Positions 19,671-29,765 of a stretch of DNA of 64,000 nucleotides are shown here, one piece after another; position 1 is the first letter of the stretch, and every line of letters begins with the position of its first letter. This stretch comes from Carpediemonas membranifera BICM. Taxonomy: Eukaryota; Protista; Fornicata. The notes under the pieces were generated by a model. It searched no databases. It worked only from the letters and a program-made list of their open reading frames with translations, and was not told the origin of the DNA. The stretch is from the NCBI GenBank assembly GCA_019828565.1, contig JAHDYR010000019.1:117984-181983 (forward strand). The letters are read 5' to 3'. Position numbers and translations under genes: made by a program.

Positions 19671-21347
19671 TTACTCCCGCCGGACGCTCCCTCTCGAAGA
19701 GCTGCGGCCCATGGCCGAGCTGCTCCGGGACCCGCCCCGAACCTTGCCCGTCTGGACCTCCGCGTCCACCGGGACCACAGGGTCCGTCTCAAGGCCCTCG
19801 TCGACCCGATCGCCCTCGAGGACGCGCTTGTCAGCCTCAGTAACAGCCGCGACCTTCTCCGCGAAGTCTGCCTGCAGGTCAGACATGGTCTTGGCAACGT
19901 CGGCACTGAGCTCACTCACCATGTTGCGACCGACGTCCCTGACAGTCTTGCTGACGTCGCTGAGTCCATCAGTTGATGTGATCAAATCGAGCAAGGCCAG
20001 CTCCACAGCCCTCTGGTCGCCACCCACGGCCGCCTGGTATACCGGGCTCTCACCGCCCATCGCCTGCGTCGTCAGGCTGGTGGTCAGCGCAGCCGTCGAG
20101 TCAGCCAGCAGCTTGGTCCGGTAGTGCACATCCCGCCTGGCCGCCAGCTGGGCAGCCAGCACCTGCCGCTCCCCGTCGAGGGTGAGTGCCTCCTGCCTCT
20201 CCCGGGCCCGGCCGATGAGGTGGGCGGCGAACTGGCGGACCGTGGCGTCTGTGTCCCTGTTGCACGACGAGACCTCCATGTTCAGCCGGGCCAGGTGGTC
20301 CAGCAGCGCCACCTGGAGGTCGAACAGCTCGGTCGCCTGGATGGCCTTCACCGACGTGGGCAGCTTGGCCTGGATCGGCCCGATGATGCTTAGGGCATCG
20401 TGACAAGCGTCGGCCCGCTCCTCGTGCTGCTCTCTGAGGTCTGCGATCTCACCCCGTAGCATGGCGATGCGCTTATTCGCCACCTCCATGCGCTTGACAA
20501 GATGGGGATCTTCTTCCTGGTCGCCCGTCTGGAGCATGCCCCCAACAGTGGGAAGCACGCGCTCCACAGCGGGTGCGGGTGCCGCAAGCACCGTAGCTGG
20601 TGCCTCCTCGACAGCCAGCTTGGCCATTGCCAGCGCCGCCTCCGTGTCAGCCGATAGTTCTGAGATGTCCGGGTCGAACGCCCAGGTCGGGTCTGGGGGC
20701 GGGCCCGTGGCCAGAGAGAGCCCGGCCTTGTCGCAGGCCGCATCCACTGCGTTGGACTGGGTCGACGAGACGTCATCCGGGGCAGAATAGGCAGAGAGGC
20801 CGGCGCCCAGCGCAAGGTCGAGCTGCATCGCCGTTGTCAGCACGCGGAGGGTCGTGTCGGAGGCGGGGGCCCGTGCGAGAAGTGGCGACTCGGTCAGGCG
20901 GGCCTCACGGAGAAGAAGCAGCTCGTTGGCCTCCTCAAGCTCGGCGATCTGGGCACGTGCGAGAGCAAGCGCAGCCTCGTTCGAGTCAGCCTCCATCACT
21001 TCTTCCTCGGTCTCGGAGTCGTCTGTGGCGAGCGCAGGGGGCTTGTTCTGCTTCAAAACGGCGAGCATCTTCTCAAGAAGTTCAGCCTTGAGGGCGAGGA
21101 GCATGGAGAACCTCGTCTGAAGCCCAGGGAGCGTAGAAATGTAGTCAAGCATGCGCCTTGCGCTCGGGACCTGCTGACCGTACGAATACTCGATGATGTC
21201 CCGTTCAATTTGCTCAATCTCGAGGTTGAGCTGCTGCATGGACTCCCGAGACTCATCGCGGGGTATATGCGGGCTCTCTTCGTAGATTCTGATGGCCCTG
21301 TACAATTGAGACAGCTCCGCCTGCAGATCTTGGAACTCTGTGGCCAT
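19671..21347 (-). CDS. Hypothetical Ala/Glu/Leu-rich coiled-coil protein
   Basis: Long ORF with coding-like GC3. Likely start MATEF at 21347; the upstream ATG at 21461 lies only 12 bp from the previous stop. Confidence 0.7.
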   Translation of the reverse strand: MATEFQDLQAELSQLYRAIRIYEESPHIPRDESRESMQQLNLEIEQIERDIIEYSYGQQVPSARRMLDYISTLPGLQTRFSMLLALKAELLEKMLAVLKQNKPPALATDDSETEEEVMEADSNEAALALARAQIAELEEANELLLLREARLTESPLLARAPASDTTLRVLTTAMQLDLALGAGLSAYSAPDDVSSTQSNAVDAACDKAGLSLATGPPPDPTWAFDPDISELSADTEAALAMAKLAVEEAPATVLAAPAPAVERVLPTVGGMLQTGDQEEDPHLVKRMEVANKRIAMLRGEIADLREQHEERADACHDALSIIGPIQAKLPTSVKAIQATELFDLQVALLDHLARLNMEVSSCNRDTDATVRQFAAHLIGRARERQEALTLDGERQVLAAQLAARRDVHYRTKLLADSTAALTTSLTTQAMGGESPVYQAAVGGDQRAVELALLDLITSTDGLSDVSKTVRDVGRNMVSELSADVAKTMSDLQADFAEKVAAVTEADKRVLEGDRVDEGLETDPVVPVDAEVQTGKVRGGSRSSSAMGRSSSRGSVRRE

Positions 21348-21472
21348 CAAGATTCCAGGTTTTGTTGTGCTGGAAAGGCGCTGAGTCAAAAAGTCGTGCC
21401 GGCTGAGCAGGTAGTAAGCGCTCCTTGCCCCCTCCCTGACCCATCCCATAGCCCCACTCATTCATTTACAGC

Positions 21473-22135
21473 CTACCCCTCCCGGGCTACCTCCAGTACC
21501 TTATGCAGGAAGTCCCGCAGCACACCCACGTCCTCGGTGCTCTCCACGTCGAAGTCGACTGTATGCGAGGCACCCGCGGTCATGTCGTCATCACTGACTC
21601 CCTTCCTCGACAGATAGTAGTACACGCACCTCGCCTTCTGCTGCTCGTTCATCTTGGACATCTTGTGCGCGATTAGCTGGATCTCTGTCGCGGTAAGAGG
21701 TCTGATCTTTTCAAGCGAATGGTCGAAGTCGCCAGCGATAATGAGTGCCTCTTGCTTCAGCGTCATCGGTATCGCTTCAATCTGGGTGAGCTGCTCTTGT
21801 GCGAAGGCCTGACAGGACTGTGCAATGACGTAGTATGGGTTGTCTGGTCCGTTGTACTTCATTGAGTTGGTGAAGATGAGGTCCATGTCCTGGACAAACT
21901 CGAAGAAGAACTTGTACACGCTCTCACGGAGGTTCTTTCGCAAGGTACCGAGGTCCATTGGACGCTGAATAACCTCTAGATAGTCAACGAGCCCGAGCTC
22001 CTTGTGATTAACCGGCTGGGCAAACTCTCGGCCGTATTCATGGTTCGTTACCTTCTCAATGATCTCTACCAGTGCAGTACTGATGCTTTCAGTGATGGGC
22101 GTCGTGGCGATGGAGGGCACGGCATCGTCGCTCAT
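21473..22135 (-). CDS. Single bromodomain + ET-like domain protein (GTE/BET-like)
   Basis: FAQPV...DYLEVIQRPMDLGTL...DMDLIFTNSMKYN bromodomain; C-terminal LTATEIQLIAHKMSKM...VDFDVE is ET-like. Confidence 0.85.
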   Translation of the reverse strand: MSDDAVPSIATTPITESISTALVEIIEKVTNHEYGREFAQPVNHKELGLVDYLEVIQRPMDLGTLRKNLRESVYKFFFEFVQDMDLIFTNSMKYNGPDNPYYVIAQSCQAFAQEQLTQIEAIPMTLKQEALIIAGDFDHSLEKIRPLTATEIQLIAHKMSKMNEQQKARCVYYYLSRKGVSDDDMTAGASHTVDFDVESTEDVGVLRDFLHKVLEVAREG

Positions 22136-22343
22136 CTCTGAAAGCCATTTATGATCATATAAATCGATATTGGCGTTTGAGAGAGTACAGTGCCAGCTGG
22201 GAAAGGTAGGGTATACTCTAGACACGAGGAGGTCATGCTTGTGTGCTCACCTGGCCCATCAGGGATACATTGAAACCGACCCGATGAGAAAAGCCTTTAT
22301 AGGAGGCGACAAGCTCTTACGCTGTCGCCAGAGTATCATCACA

Positions 22344-24035
22344 TCACCGCCGCCCATCGTTGTGCTGCAGATCAACTATCAGATGCCGCACCTTGTTCAC
22401 CGCGACCTCCATCTCCGACGACGCTGCGTCAGACGAAGTCTTGAACTCATGCAGGTAGTGGGACCTCCGCTTGTGTTCCGCGTCTATGTACAGCACAGTT
22501 TCGTCCGCGCTATTGATGACCACCTTTGTGTGGTTGGGGAAGTTCACCTGCAGGGTCCTATTCGAGAATCTAAAGACAAGCTGGCTCGACGACGTGCGCA
22601 TGTACTTACGCACGTAAACGAGCGGGGAGTCAGGGGATCGGAACTTGTCCGTATTCCGGACACGCACGTCCTGCGACACGGGGAACATCGTGTGCTTGTC
22701 CAGGTAGTCGGTAAAGTACTTGAGCAGCGAGTACTTCTTCCGTAGCCTGTGTGTGGGCGACTCGAGGTTTGTGCGGTCAGGGTACAGCCGCTCCTGAGTC
22801 TCACGGAGGGCCCCGGGGTTGGCTGGGTCGGGTTCCTTCTCGTGGTACTCGAAGAACGTACGGTCGGCGGAGTAAATGATCTTGCTATGATCGTTGAAGT
22901 AGACACCGACAGAGCCGGAGGCGAGCTGGTAGCCGAAGCCGTAGCGGTTAGTGTAGTCGACCCAGGAGACGAGGAAGTCCAGGGGCGGCGGGGCAGTTGA
23001 CCCGACCTCGCTCGAGAAGTTGGGGCACGACGTCATGACAGAGCTGCTAAGAGTGCGGGGAATGAAGCCCTTGAACCACTCGTGCTCAAGGATCGCCTCG
23101 AGCGAGGGCCGCTTGAATGGGTCAAGGACGAGGATGTCCTGGATGAGGGACTTGGCCTCGTTCGATATGCGGGGCAGAGAAGGGAAGCCAAAGTCTATCG
23201 ACATGATGCGTTTGTAGACGGCCTTTGGGTCGGTCGACTCAAACGGCGGCTTGCCAATGAGCATCGTGTACATGATCACACCGATGGCCCACACATCAAC
23301 CTCAAAGGAGTGGCCGAGCGGCTGCATGTCGCGAGGCAAGGGGGCGTCGGGGTATTTCGCCTGGAACTGCTTGGCGCGCTTGTTCTCCATGTGTGTCTGC
23401 AAAACTTCGGGTGCCATGTAATTTGGGGTGCCGCACATAGTCTTGCGACGCTCGTCACCACTGGTGAGCTTGACGGCGAGACCGAAATCTCCAATCTTAA
23501 CCTGCATTCCCTCGGCGAGGAACAAGTTGCCGAGTTTCAGGTCGCGGTGAACGATCATATGCCGGTGGAGGTGGCGCACACCGTCGATAGTCTGCATCAA
23601 GAAGTATCTGGCCTCAGGTTCGGTGATGGACTTTCGGGACTTGAGGAGGTCGTTGAGGCACTTGTGCTTACACTTCTCGATTAGGATGTAGACATTGACC
23701 TTGTCCTCGAAGACAGAGTTGAAGCGCACGATGTTGGGGTGGGTGGCAGAGGTTGAGGCGATCTGGCGGTGAATTTTGATCTCAGAAATTAACTTCGCGC
23801 GCTTCGTCTTGCTTAGGTTCGTCTTGTCGACGATCTTGGCCGCCTGGTGCTTGCTATAAGCACCATCCCACACTTCGTAGACTTTGGCGAAGCCTCCTTT
23901 CCCCAGAAGATCGCCCTTGGTGTAAGTGGCACCGGTCTTGGGATCCTTGATGTAATGCTTAGAAGATGGATATAATGCGCCATTTGGAGTGTTCTGACCA
24001 AGTGCTGGAGCTAGCGCAGCCCTTGTATCACTCAT
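22344..24035 (-). CDS. PLK1: Polo-like kinase
   Basis: LGKGGFAKVY, HRDLKLGN, IGDFGLA, CGTPNYMAPE, GHSFEVDVW; polo boxes WVDYTNRYGFGYQL and LQVNFPNHTKV. Confidence 0.96.
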   Translation of the reverse strand: MSDTRAALAPALGQNTPNGALYPSSKHYIKDPKTGATYTKGDLLGKGGFAKVYEVWDGAYSKHQAAKIVDKTNLSKTKRAKLISEIKIHRQIASTSATHPNIVRFNSVFEDKVNVYILIEKCKHKCLNDLLKSRKSITEPEARYFLMQTIDGVRHLHRHMIVHRDLKLGNLFLAEGMQVKIGDFGLAVKLTSGDERRKTMCGTPNYMAPEVLQTHMENKRAKQFQAKYPDAPLPRDMQPLGHSFEVDVWAIGVIMYTMLIGKPPFESTDPKAVYKRIMSIDFGFPSLPRISNEAKSLIQDILVLDPFKRPSLEAILEHEWFKGFIPRTLSSSVMTSCPNFSSEVGSTAPPPLDFLVSWVDYTNRYGFGYQLASGSVGVYFNDHSKIIYSADRTFFEYHEKEPDPANPGALRETQERLYPDRTNLESPTHRLRKKYSLLKYFTDYLDKHTMFPVSQDVRVRNTDKFRSPDSPLVYVRKYMRTSSSQLVFRFSNRTLQVNFPNHTKVVINSADETVLYIDAEHKRRSHYLHEFKTSSDAASSEMEVAVNKVRHLIVDLQHNDGRR

Positions 24036-24502
24036 ACTGGCGGGAATTCGTTCAGCGCAATTTTTTCACGCCGCAAAGATTTCGCGCGTTCCGACTCCCC
24101 CGTTAATCTGCTGGCGGCCGACACGGGAAACCCCCGGCAAGCGGCGTGCCTTCGGCCATGAGAAGCTATAGGGTTCGTTTTTGTCTCGACCTCATAAAAT
24201 TTTGGCAAAATTTCTAAACCAACTTCGGAGATTTCGGGGCATACCTCTAGATTTGATGAACATGCCGATATTTGATCCCATTAGAGTCACATCTGATGCA
24301 GGTTTCGGCTGCAACTCAAAAAAAATTTTGCTGGCAGATTTCGCTCAAGACAGCGAGGACTGCATCATGAAATTTCAAAACGTAAACTGACGACAATTTG
24401 TTGCTATTATCCTCCAATATAGAGCATGTAGGGGCTAATTCCACTCACCCCACCCCATTCGCACTGCCTCCCATGTCATCAGCATGCGCAGTTTACGAAT
24501 AT

Positions 24503-25417
24503 TTACAGCATCTCGCGGGGGTCGATCTCCGCAATGTTGATGTTGAGGGGCCAGTTCTCCTTGTGCTGGTTCCTTCTATGAGTACGCACGACAGCCTCCT
24601 CCGACTTGGTAAAGACGTCGAGCGCCTCCGGGGTCAAACTGGCCTTCCACTCGGCCTGCTTCACCTCACTGCTGGACCTGTACCAGTGGTAGAGCTCGAC
24701 AAAGTCATAGGTGCAGCCCAGCTCGGCCTCGTCAGTCTGGTCGTCCCACAGGTCAGCCGAGGGCGGGGCGTTCAACACGAGCTCAGGGACACCGAGCTCG
24801 GCGCCCACCTTGAAGACCTCGGACTTGTGGAGGTCGGCGATGAGCTGAATATCAGCGCACCCGTCGCCAGCCTTGGAGAAGTAGAGCAAGAACCCATCCT
24901 CATCGTAGTTACCCGTGCCCAGCACAATGGCAGGCAGGCCCTGGGATGCAAGCACCTGGGCAATGTAGAAGTTGACGGGCGTCCTCATGTATGACCGCAT
25001 CTGCCCATCGATGAAGGAGTTGCCCTCGAAGCCGAGGGCGTCCTGGACGAGCCCGCAGACCTCAGTGTGAACCTTAGATTGGTCCACGGTGACGATCTCC
25101 ACGCCAAACGCCTTAGCGACGTCGTAGGCGCGGTTCTGAATCTTCGCGGTCGAGTGAATAGGCTGAGCGATGGCCAGCACCTTGGCAATGGGCGAGTCGG
25201 GCATCTTCGAGGCATAGGCTGCAAGACCAAGTGTTACTGCGGAGTCAACACCGCCAGAAGTGGACACTACGGCGGCGCGGAGGCCGTGCTGGCTCATGTA
25301 TTCGTTGAACATGGTGCACTTCCTTTCGACGAAGGCCTTGGCATCAAAGCCGCGCTCCTTGCGGTACTCCTCGAGTGCTTGCTGCAGGGCAGGGTGAAGG
25401 GTGGCGATAGACACCAT
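24503..25417 (-). CDS. nadE: NH3-dependent NAD+ synthetase (single domain)
   Basis: SGGVDS PP-loop, GTGNYDE, YFSKAGDG, DLHKSEV, PSADLW..QTDE.ELG; no glutaminase domain. Confidence 0.93.
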   Translation of the reverse strand: MVSIATLHPALQQALEEYRKERGFDAKAFVERKCTMFNEYMSQHGLRAAVVSTSGGVDSAVTLGLAAYASKMPDSPIAKVLAIAQPIHSTAKIQNRAYDVAKAFGVEIVTVDQSKVHTEVCGLVQDALGFEGNSFIDGQMRSYMRTPVNFYIAQVLASQGLPAIVLGTGNYDEDGFLLYFSKAGDGCADIQLIADLHKSEVFKVGAELGVPELVLNAPPSADLWDDQTDEAELGCTYDFVELYHWYRSSSEVKQAEWKASLTPEALDVFTKSEEAVVRTHRRNQHKENWPLNINIAEIDPREML

Positions 25418-25528
25418 TCTGTGTTCTTTGGTTGGTATGTCGTTGCTTGAAAAGGTGAGATTCGGATCGAATCAGGGTGCTCGATCCAGTCCCAAATCGT
25501 CCCTAAATAGACTTTATACGCCCCATTC

Positions 25529-26542
25529 TTACGCCGTATCAACGTCCAAGTGCTTCACAACGTTCTCAGCGATGTCAATCAGAGCCTTGGGGCCGCCAGT
25601 GGGCTTGTCACCCGCGACCTCGGCCCAGGATGAGCCCTTGTCGCACGCCTCAGTGAGCACGCCGTCAAGGGGGATGGCGCCAAGGAAGGGGACGTTCATG
25701 TCGGCGCACATCTTGGCTGCTCCACCGGACGTGGGCTTGAAAATCTGGTGGACCTTGTCGCAGTTGGGGCAGACAAAGCCGGACATGTTTTCGACCACGC
25801 CGATCACGGGGAGGCCGACCTTGTGGCAGAAGTTGATCTCCTTGCGGACGTCGGCGAGGGCAACCTCCTGAGGTGTGGTGACGATGATGGCGCCGTCAAT
25901 GTCGGGGAGGTACTGGACGATGCTCATGTGCTCGTCACTGGTGCCCGGGGGCGTGTCGACGATGAGGTAATCGAGCTGGGACCAGTACACGTCGCGGAGG
26001 AACTGCTTGATCAGCCCGTTCTTCTTGGGACCGCGCCAGATGACGGCGTCGTTCTTGGAGGGGAGCAGGTAGCCGATGGACATCACGGCGAGGTTCCTGT
26101 CGGGTCCGACGTACACGGGCTGCCAGCCCTGGGCCGTGCGCTCGACCTCTTCATCCATGGTGCCGGTCAGCGTGGGTACAGAGGGGCCGCAGATGTCAAT
26201 GTCGAGCAGGCCAACCTGCACATCAGGGTCACGGCTCAGCGTGTATGCCAGCTGGGTAGAAACAGAGCTCTTGCCGACACCGCCCTTGCCAGACAGGACG
26301 AGGATCTTCTTGCCGATGTCCTGGAAGCGCTCAGCGATCACAGCAATGTCGGGATCAGGGCCCTGGGCCTTTCCAGAAGCACATTTCGCCGCATTAGGGC
26401 AGCCTGCGCACGCAGAGGCCTTGCCAGCGTCCTCGCCGCTCGGACCGGGACAAACTTCTTTCTTCTCTTCAGGGGGGGCAATAGGGGCGCTACCGCAGCT
26501 CCCAGCATTTGCACAACCAGCGCATTTTCCGTCACAGCTCAT
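25529..26542 (-). CDS. NBP35: Cytosolic Fe-S assembly scaffold Nbp35
   Basis: CPG-x11-CAGCP-x4-C N-terminal motif, [48 protein letters not shown]. Confidence 0.96.
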   Translation of the reverse strand: MSCDGKCAGCANAGSCGSAPIAPPEEKKEVCPGPSGEDAGKASACAGCPNAAKCASGKAQGPDPDIAVIAERFQDIGKKILVLSGKGGVGKSSVSTQLAYTLSRDPDVQVGLLDIDICGPSVPTLTGTMDEEVERTAQGWQPVYVGPDRNLAVMSIGYLLPSKNDAVIWRGPKKNGLIKQFLRDVYWSQLDYLIVDTPPGTSDEHMSIVQYLPDIDGAIIVTTPQEVALADVRKEINFCHKVGLPVIGVVENMSGFVCPNCDKVHQIFKPTSGGAAKMCADMNVPFLGAIPLDGVLTEACDKGSSWAEVAGDKPTGGPKALIDIAENVVKHLDVDTA

Positions 26543-26756
26543 CTTTCAACTGTCACGCAAGGGTGCACGACGACGATCAAAACGGGATCTGATTGATCGG
26601 ACATCCGTGGCACTACCATGGGCATGCGGCCTGCATCAGCACCACTGCTTACCCCGCAGCGAGCCTGCAACCAGCCAGGCTCGCCCGTCTATTATCACAT
26701 GGCACGAAAGCCTTTATATCACATTAGCCTGCCAGTGGTACTAATAAACACAACGC

Positions 26757-29419
26757 CTACAGCTCCACCTCCTTGCTCCGCACCGTTGTCTCCAGCTTGA
26801 ACCCGCCCCCGACAAACTTAGGCTGGGCGGGGTCCTGCTGCACGACGTAACCCTCGTCCATAGTGCGCCGGGCCGCGCTCTGCTCCTTCCGCTTCTGCTC
26901 GAAGTACTTCTTCTTGATGTCGTGGGACTCCTTTGTGAGCTTGGCGATCTCGTACTTGTACTCCGCCACCTGCGTCTGGTACATCGTGAGCTCGGACGCC
27001 ATGCTCTTGAGCTGCTTGTTCTTCTCCCGTAAGTTAGTCTGGTAGATCGACAGCTGCTCAACGACCTCGGGCCCGGGCTGGCGGGCAAGAAGCTTCTGGA
27101 GCTCAGTGAATGCCTTCTCGCGCTCGTCGATGATAAGCTCCTTCTCAGCGACCTCCTCCGTCTTCTTGAGCAGCCGCTTCTGGAGGGTATGGATCTTCTG
27201 GATCATTTCATAAACTGCGGGATCAGACCCCTCAAGCTTCCGCCAACGGTGGACGTTCATGGGGTTCTGGAGTTCCTCGGACATCGCCTTGACCTTGGCG
27301 CGCTCCTCCAGCAGCTCCTTCTGGATTCTGATGACCTCTGTCTTGTACCCGTCGATCTGGTTGGCCGCCTTCGAGTAGACGTTGAGCTCCCGCATGACCG
27401 AGGCCAGCTTGATCTTCAGCAGACGGATGTCCTCGACCCGCTCCCTGTACTGCGCCTCGCCCTTGGCCAGCGTGCTCTGCTGGATCTTGATCTTCTCGTA
27501 CAGCAGCGCGAGCTCGTCGTTGCGGCGGATGAGCTGCGTTCCCAGGATGTCGCGCTCGCTGATGACCTGCTCGAACTCCTTCTGCTGCCGGCCCCGCTCG
27601 TTGTCGGCCTCGTTGATAATGAGGTTGAGCTTGGCCATCTCGGCCTTCTGAGCGGCGATCGTCTGCTCCGCCTCCTGGATCTGGCGCTGGATCCGCCCAA
27701 TCTCGGCCTTGAAGCTGTCCCGCTCCTTCTCAGCCTTCTTCCGCTCGTAGTACTCCTGCACGAGGGCACTGTCCTTCGCCTTGATCTCTTCCTTAAGCTG
27801 CTCGATCTGGTGGTTCATAATCTTGAACTTCCGCTTCATCTCGCTCACCTCGTCCTGGCTCTCGATCAGGTTCTTCGAGTACAGGTTCCGGTCAGCTCGA
27901 ACGGCCTCGTACAGCGTCTGCTGCTGCTTGAGCTTCTTCTCGGCCTCGGCGATCTTCTTCTGGAGGTCCTGGATGGTGTTCTCGCGGACCTTGACCTCCT
28001 CGAGCGCCTGGAGATACTTCTGGTTCGCCTCGGTCGCCTTCTTGTTGTTGAGCTCACGCTCCTGCTCGAGGACGAAGATCATCTTGCGCTGCTTCTGCGC
28101 CTCGTTCTTGTATGCGGAGATCTCCTGGTCGAGGTTGGCTGCCTGGTTCTCGGCGATCTTCACGAGCTCGGCCTGCTTGGAAGTGGCGGCGTCGGCCTGG
28201 CGGACATTCTTGTTGAGGAGCTCGCGCTCTCTCGCCAGCACGTCAGCCTGCTGCTTCTGCTTGTCGGCGTCGCGCGTGGTCATCTTCAGGTCCCGCTCGA
28301 GCCCGACCACGTCTGATCTGAGCGCCTCCCGCCGCTTCTCGAGGTCTGCCTTGTCCTTCTCGGCGCGCTGGATGAGCAGCTTTGTCGTGGCGAGCTCCTT
28401 GTTGACCCGGCTCGTCTCCTGCTTTGCCAGACGGATCTGCTGGTCCTTCTCCTTCAGCTCGTTCTCCCGGGCCGCGAGCTCAGCCTCGAGCGTGCTGTTC
28501 CGCTCGTTGAGCTGGTTAACCTGTACGTGGAACTCGTGCACAGTGTCCTCCTTGCCCTTGAGCTCCACCTCGCGGCTGTGGATGTCGTTCTCCAGGCGCT
28601 GAAGCTCCATCTTCATGCTGTGCGCGGCGTCGGCGTTCGACCGGATAGTGTCCTTCTTCTCCTCGATCTCCTCCTGACGAAGCTCGAGACGCTTGCGGAG
28701 GTCGGCCATATCCTTGTCGAGCACCTCCTTGCGCCACTGCTCGCTCTTGAGCTCCTGCTCCTGTCGCGTTACAAGGTCCTTGAGCGTCTTGATTTGTGCC
28801 TCGAGCGGCACCTTCTCGTCCTCCAGCTCCCGGACCCGCTCGAGGTAGTTGGACAGCTCCTGCCGCAGCTCCATGATCTGCTTCACCTTCGAGTCCCGCT
28901 GCTGGATGAGCTCGTCCTTCTGCTTCATCAGCTCGGCCACGGTGTTCTCCTGCCCGAGATTGATGCCGGCTCCTTGCTCGACGAGCTTGGTCAGGTTGGC
29001 GATCTCGGCCTTAAGGTGTTGGACGGTCTCCCTGGAGCGAGCCTCCTTCTCGCGGGAGGCATCGAGCATGCTGTAGGCCTGCTCGATCTCCTTCTTGAGG
29101 CTGGAGATGGCGTTCCAGTCGTCCTGCGAGATCTTCAGCGCGGACTTGACCTTGGAGGCGTTCGACGCAATTTCCCCGCCCAAAGTCTTGATTCTACTAA
29201 TCAGGCGCTTCTCATTCTCGTGAGACTTCTTCAGCGCACGGTGCATCTTCTCATATTCCTTCCTGAAATGCTCTAGGGAGTCGTCACCGACTAGTTCAGC
29301 AATCACCTGCGTAAGCCCTGGAAATGAACGAAGGAACGAACGTTATTGAAGTCCTTCTCAAGCTGTTCAATGGCCCTAGTTTCAATCGAGAGCTCTGGGG
29401 CCTTATCCTCTCCCGACAT
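26757..29419 (-). CDS. CFAP58: Cilia/flagella-associated protein 58; exons 29419-29342 and 29306-26757
   Basis: LYEAVRADRNLYSKNLIESQDE, ERDILGTQLIRRNDELALLYEKIKIQ, PMNVHRWRKLEGSDP; spliced N-terminus LEKDFNN|VIAELVGD. Confidence 0.93.
29307..29341 (-). other. Spliceosomal intron, 35 nt
   Basis: GTTCGT...CTTACGCAG; links the ATG at 29419 in frame. Confidence 0.85.
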
Positions 29420-29765
29420 TCCACTTTGGCACGCTCGTAGTTTGTTTGTGTCTTAAAGTGCGGTGGCCATGGTGGAGACACACTGCCGTTGGGGTAGAAG
29501 TAGTTCTGCCGTTGAGGTGCTGATTGTAAACATCCGTGTTGCTGGGCTTGTCAATCTGTTTGTTGCGAAATCCGATCAAACAGAGATTTGATTGGGGACC
29601 GGCGACATGGGTGTCGCATGCTCAAACGGTCCATGTGCCCTGTATCAGCACCAGGAAGCTTGTTCTAACAATAGACTACCGCACTGACTGCAGGTCGTTT
29701 TCGTTCACGCACATGGTCTCGCCACGCAGAATCACGCCTATAGGCTATCTTTATTATCTTCCGAT

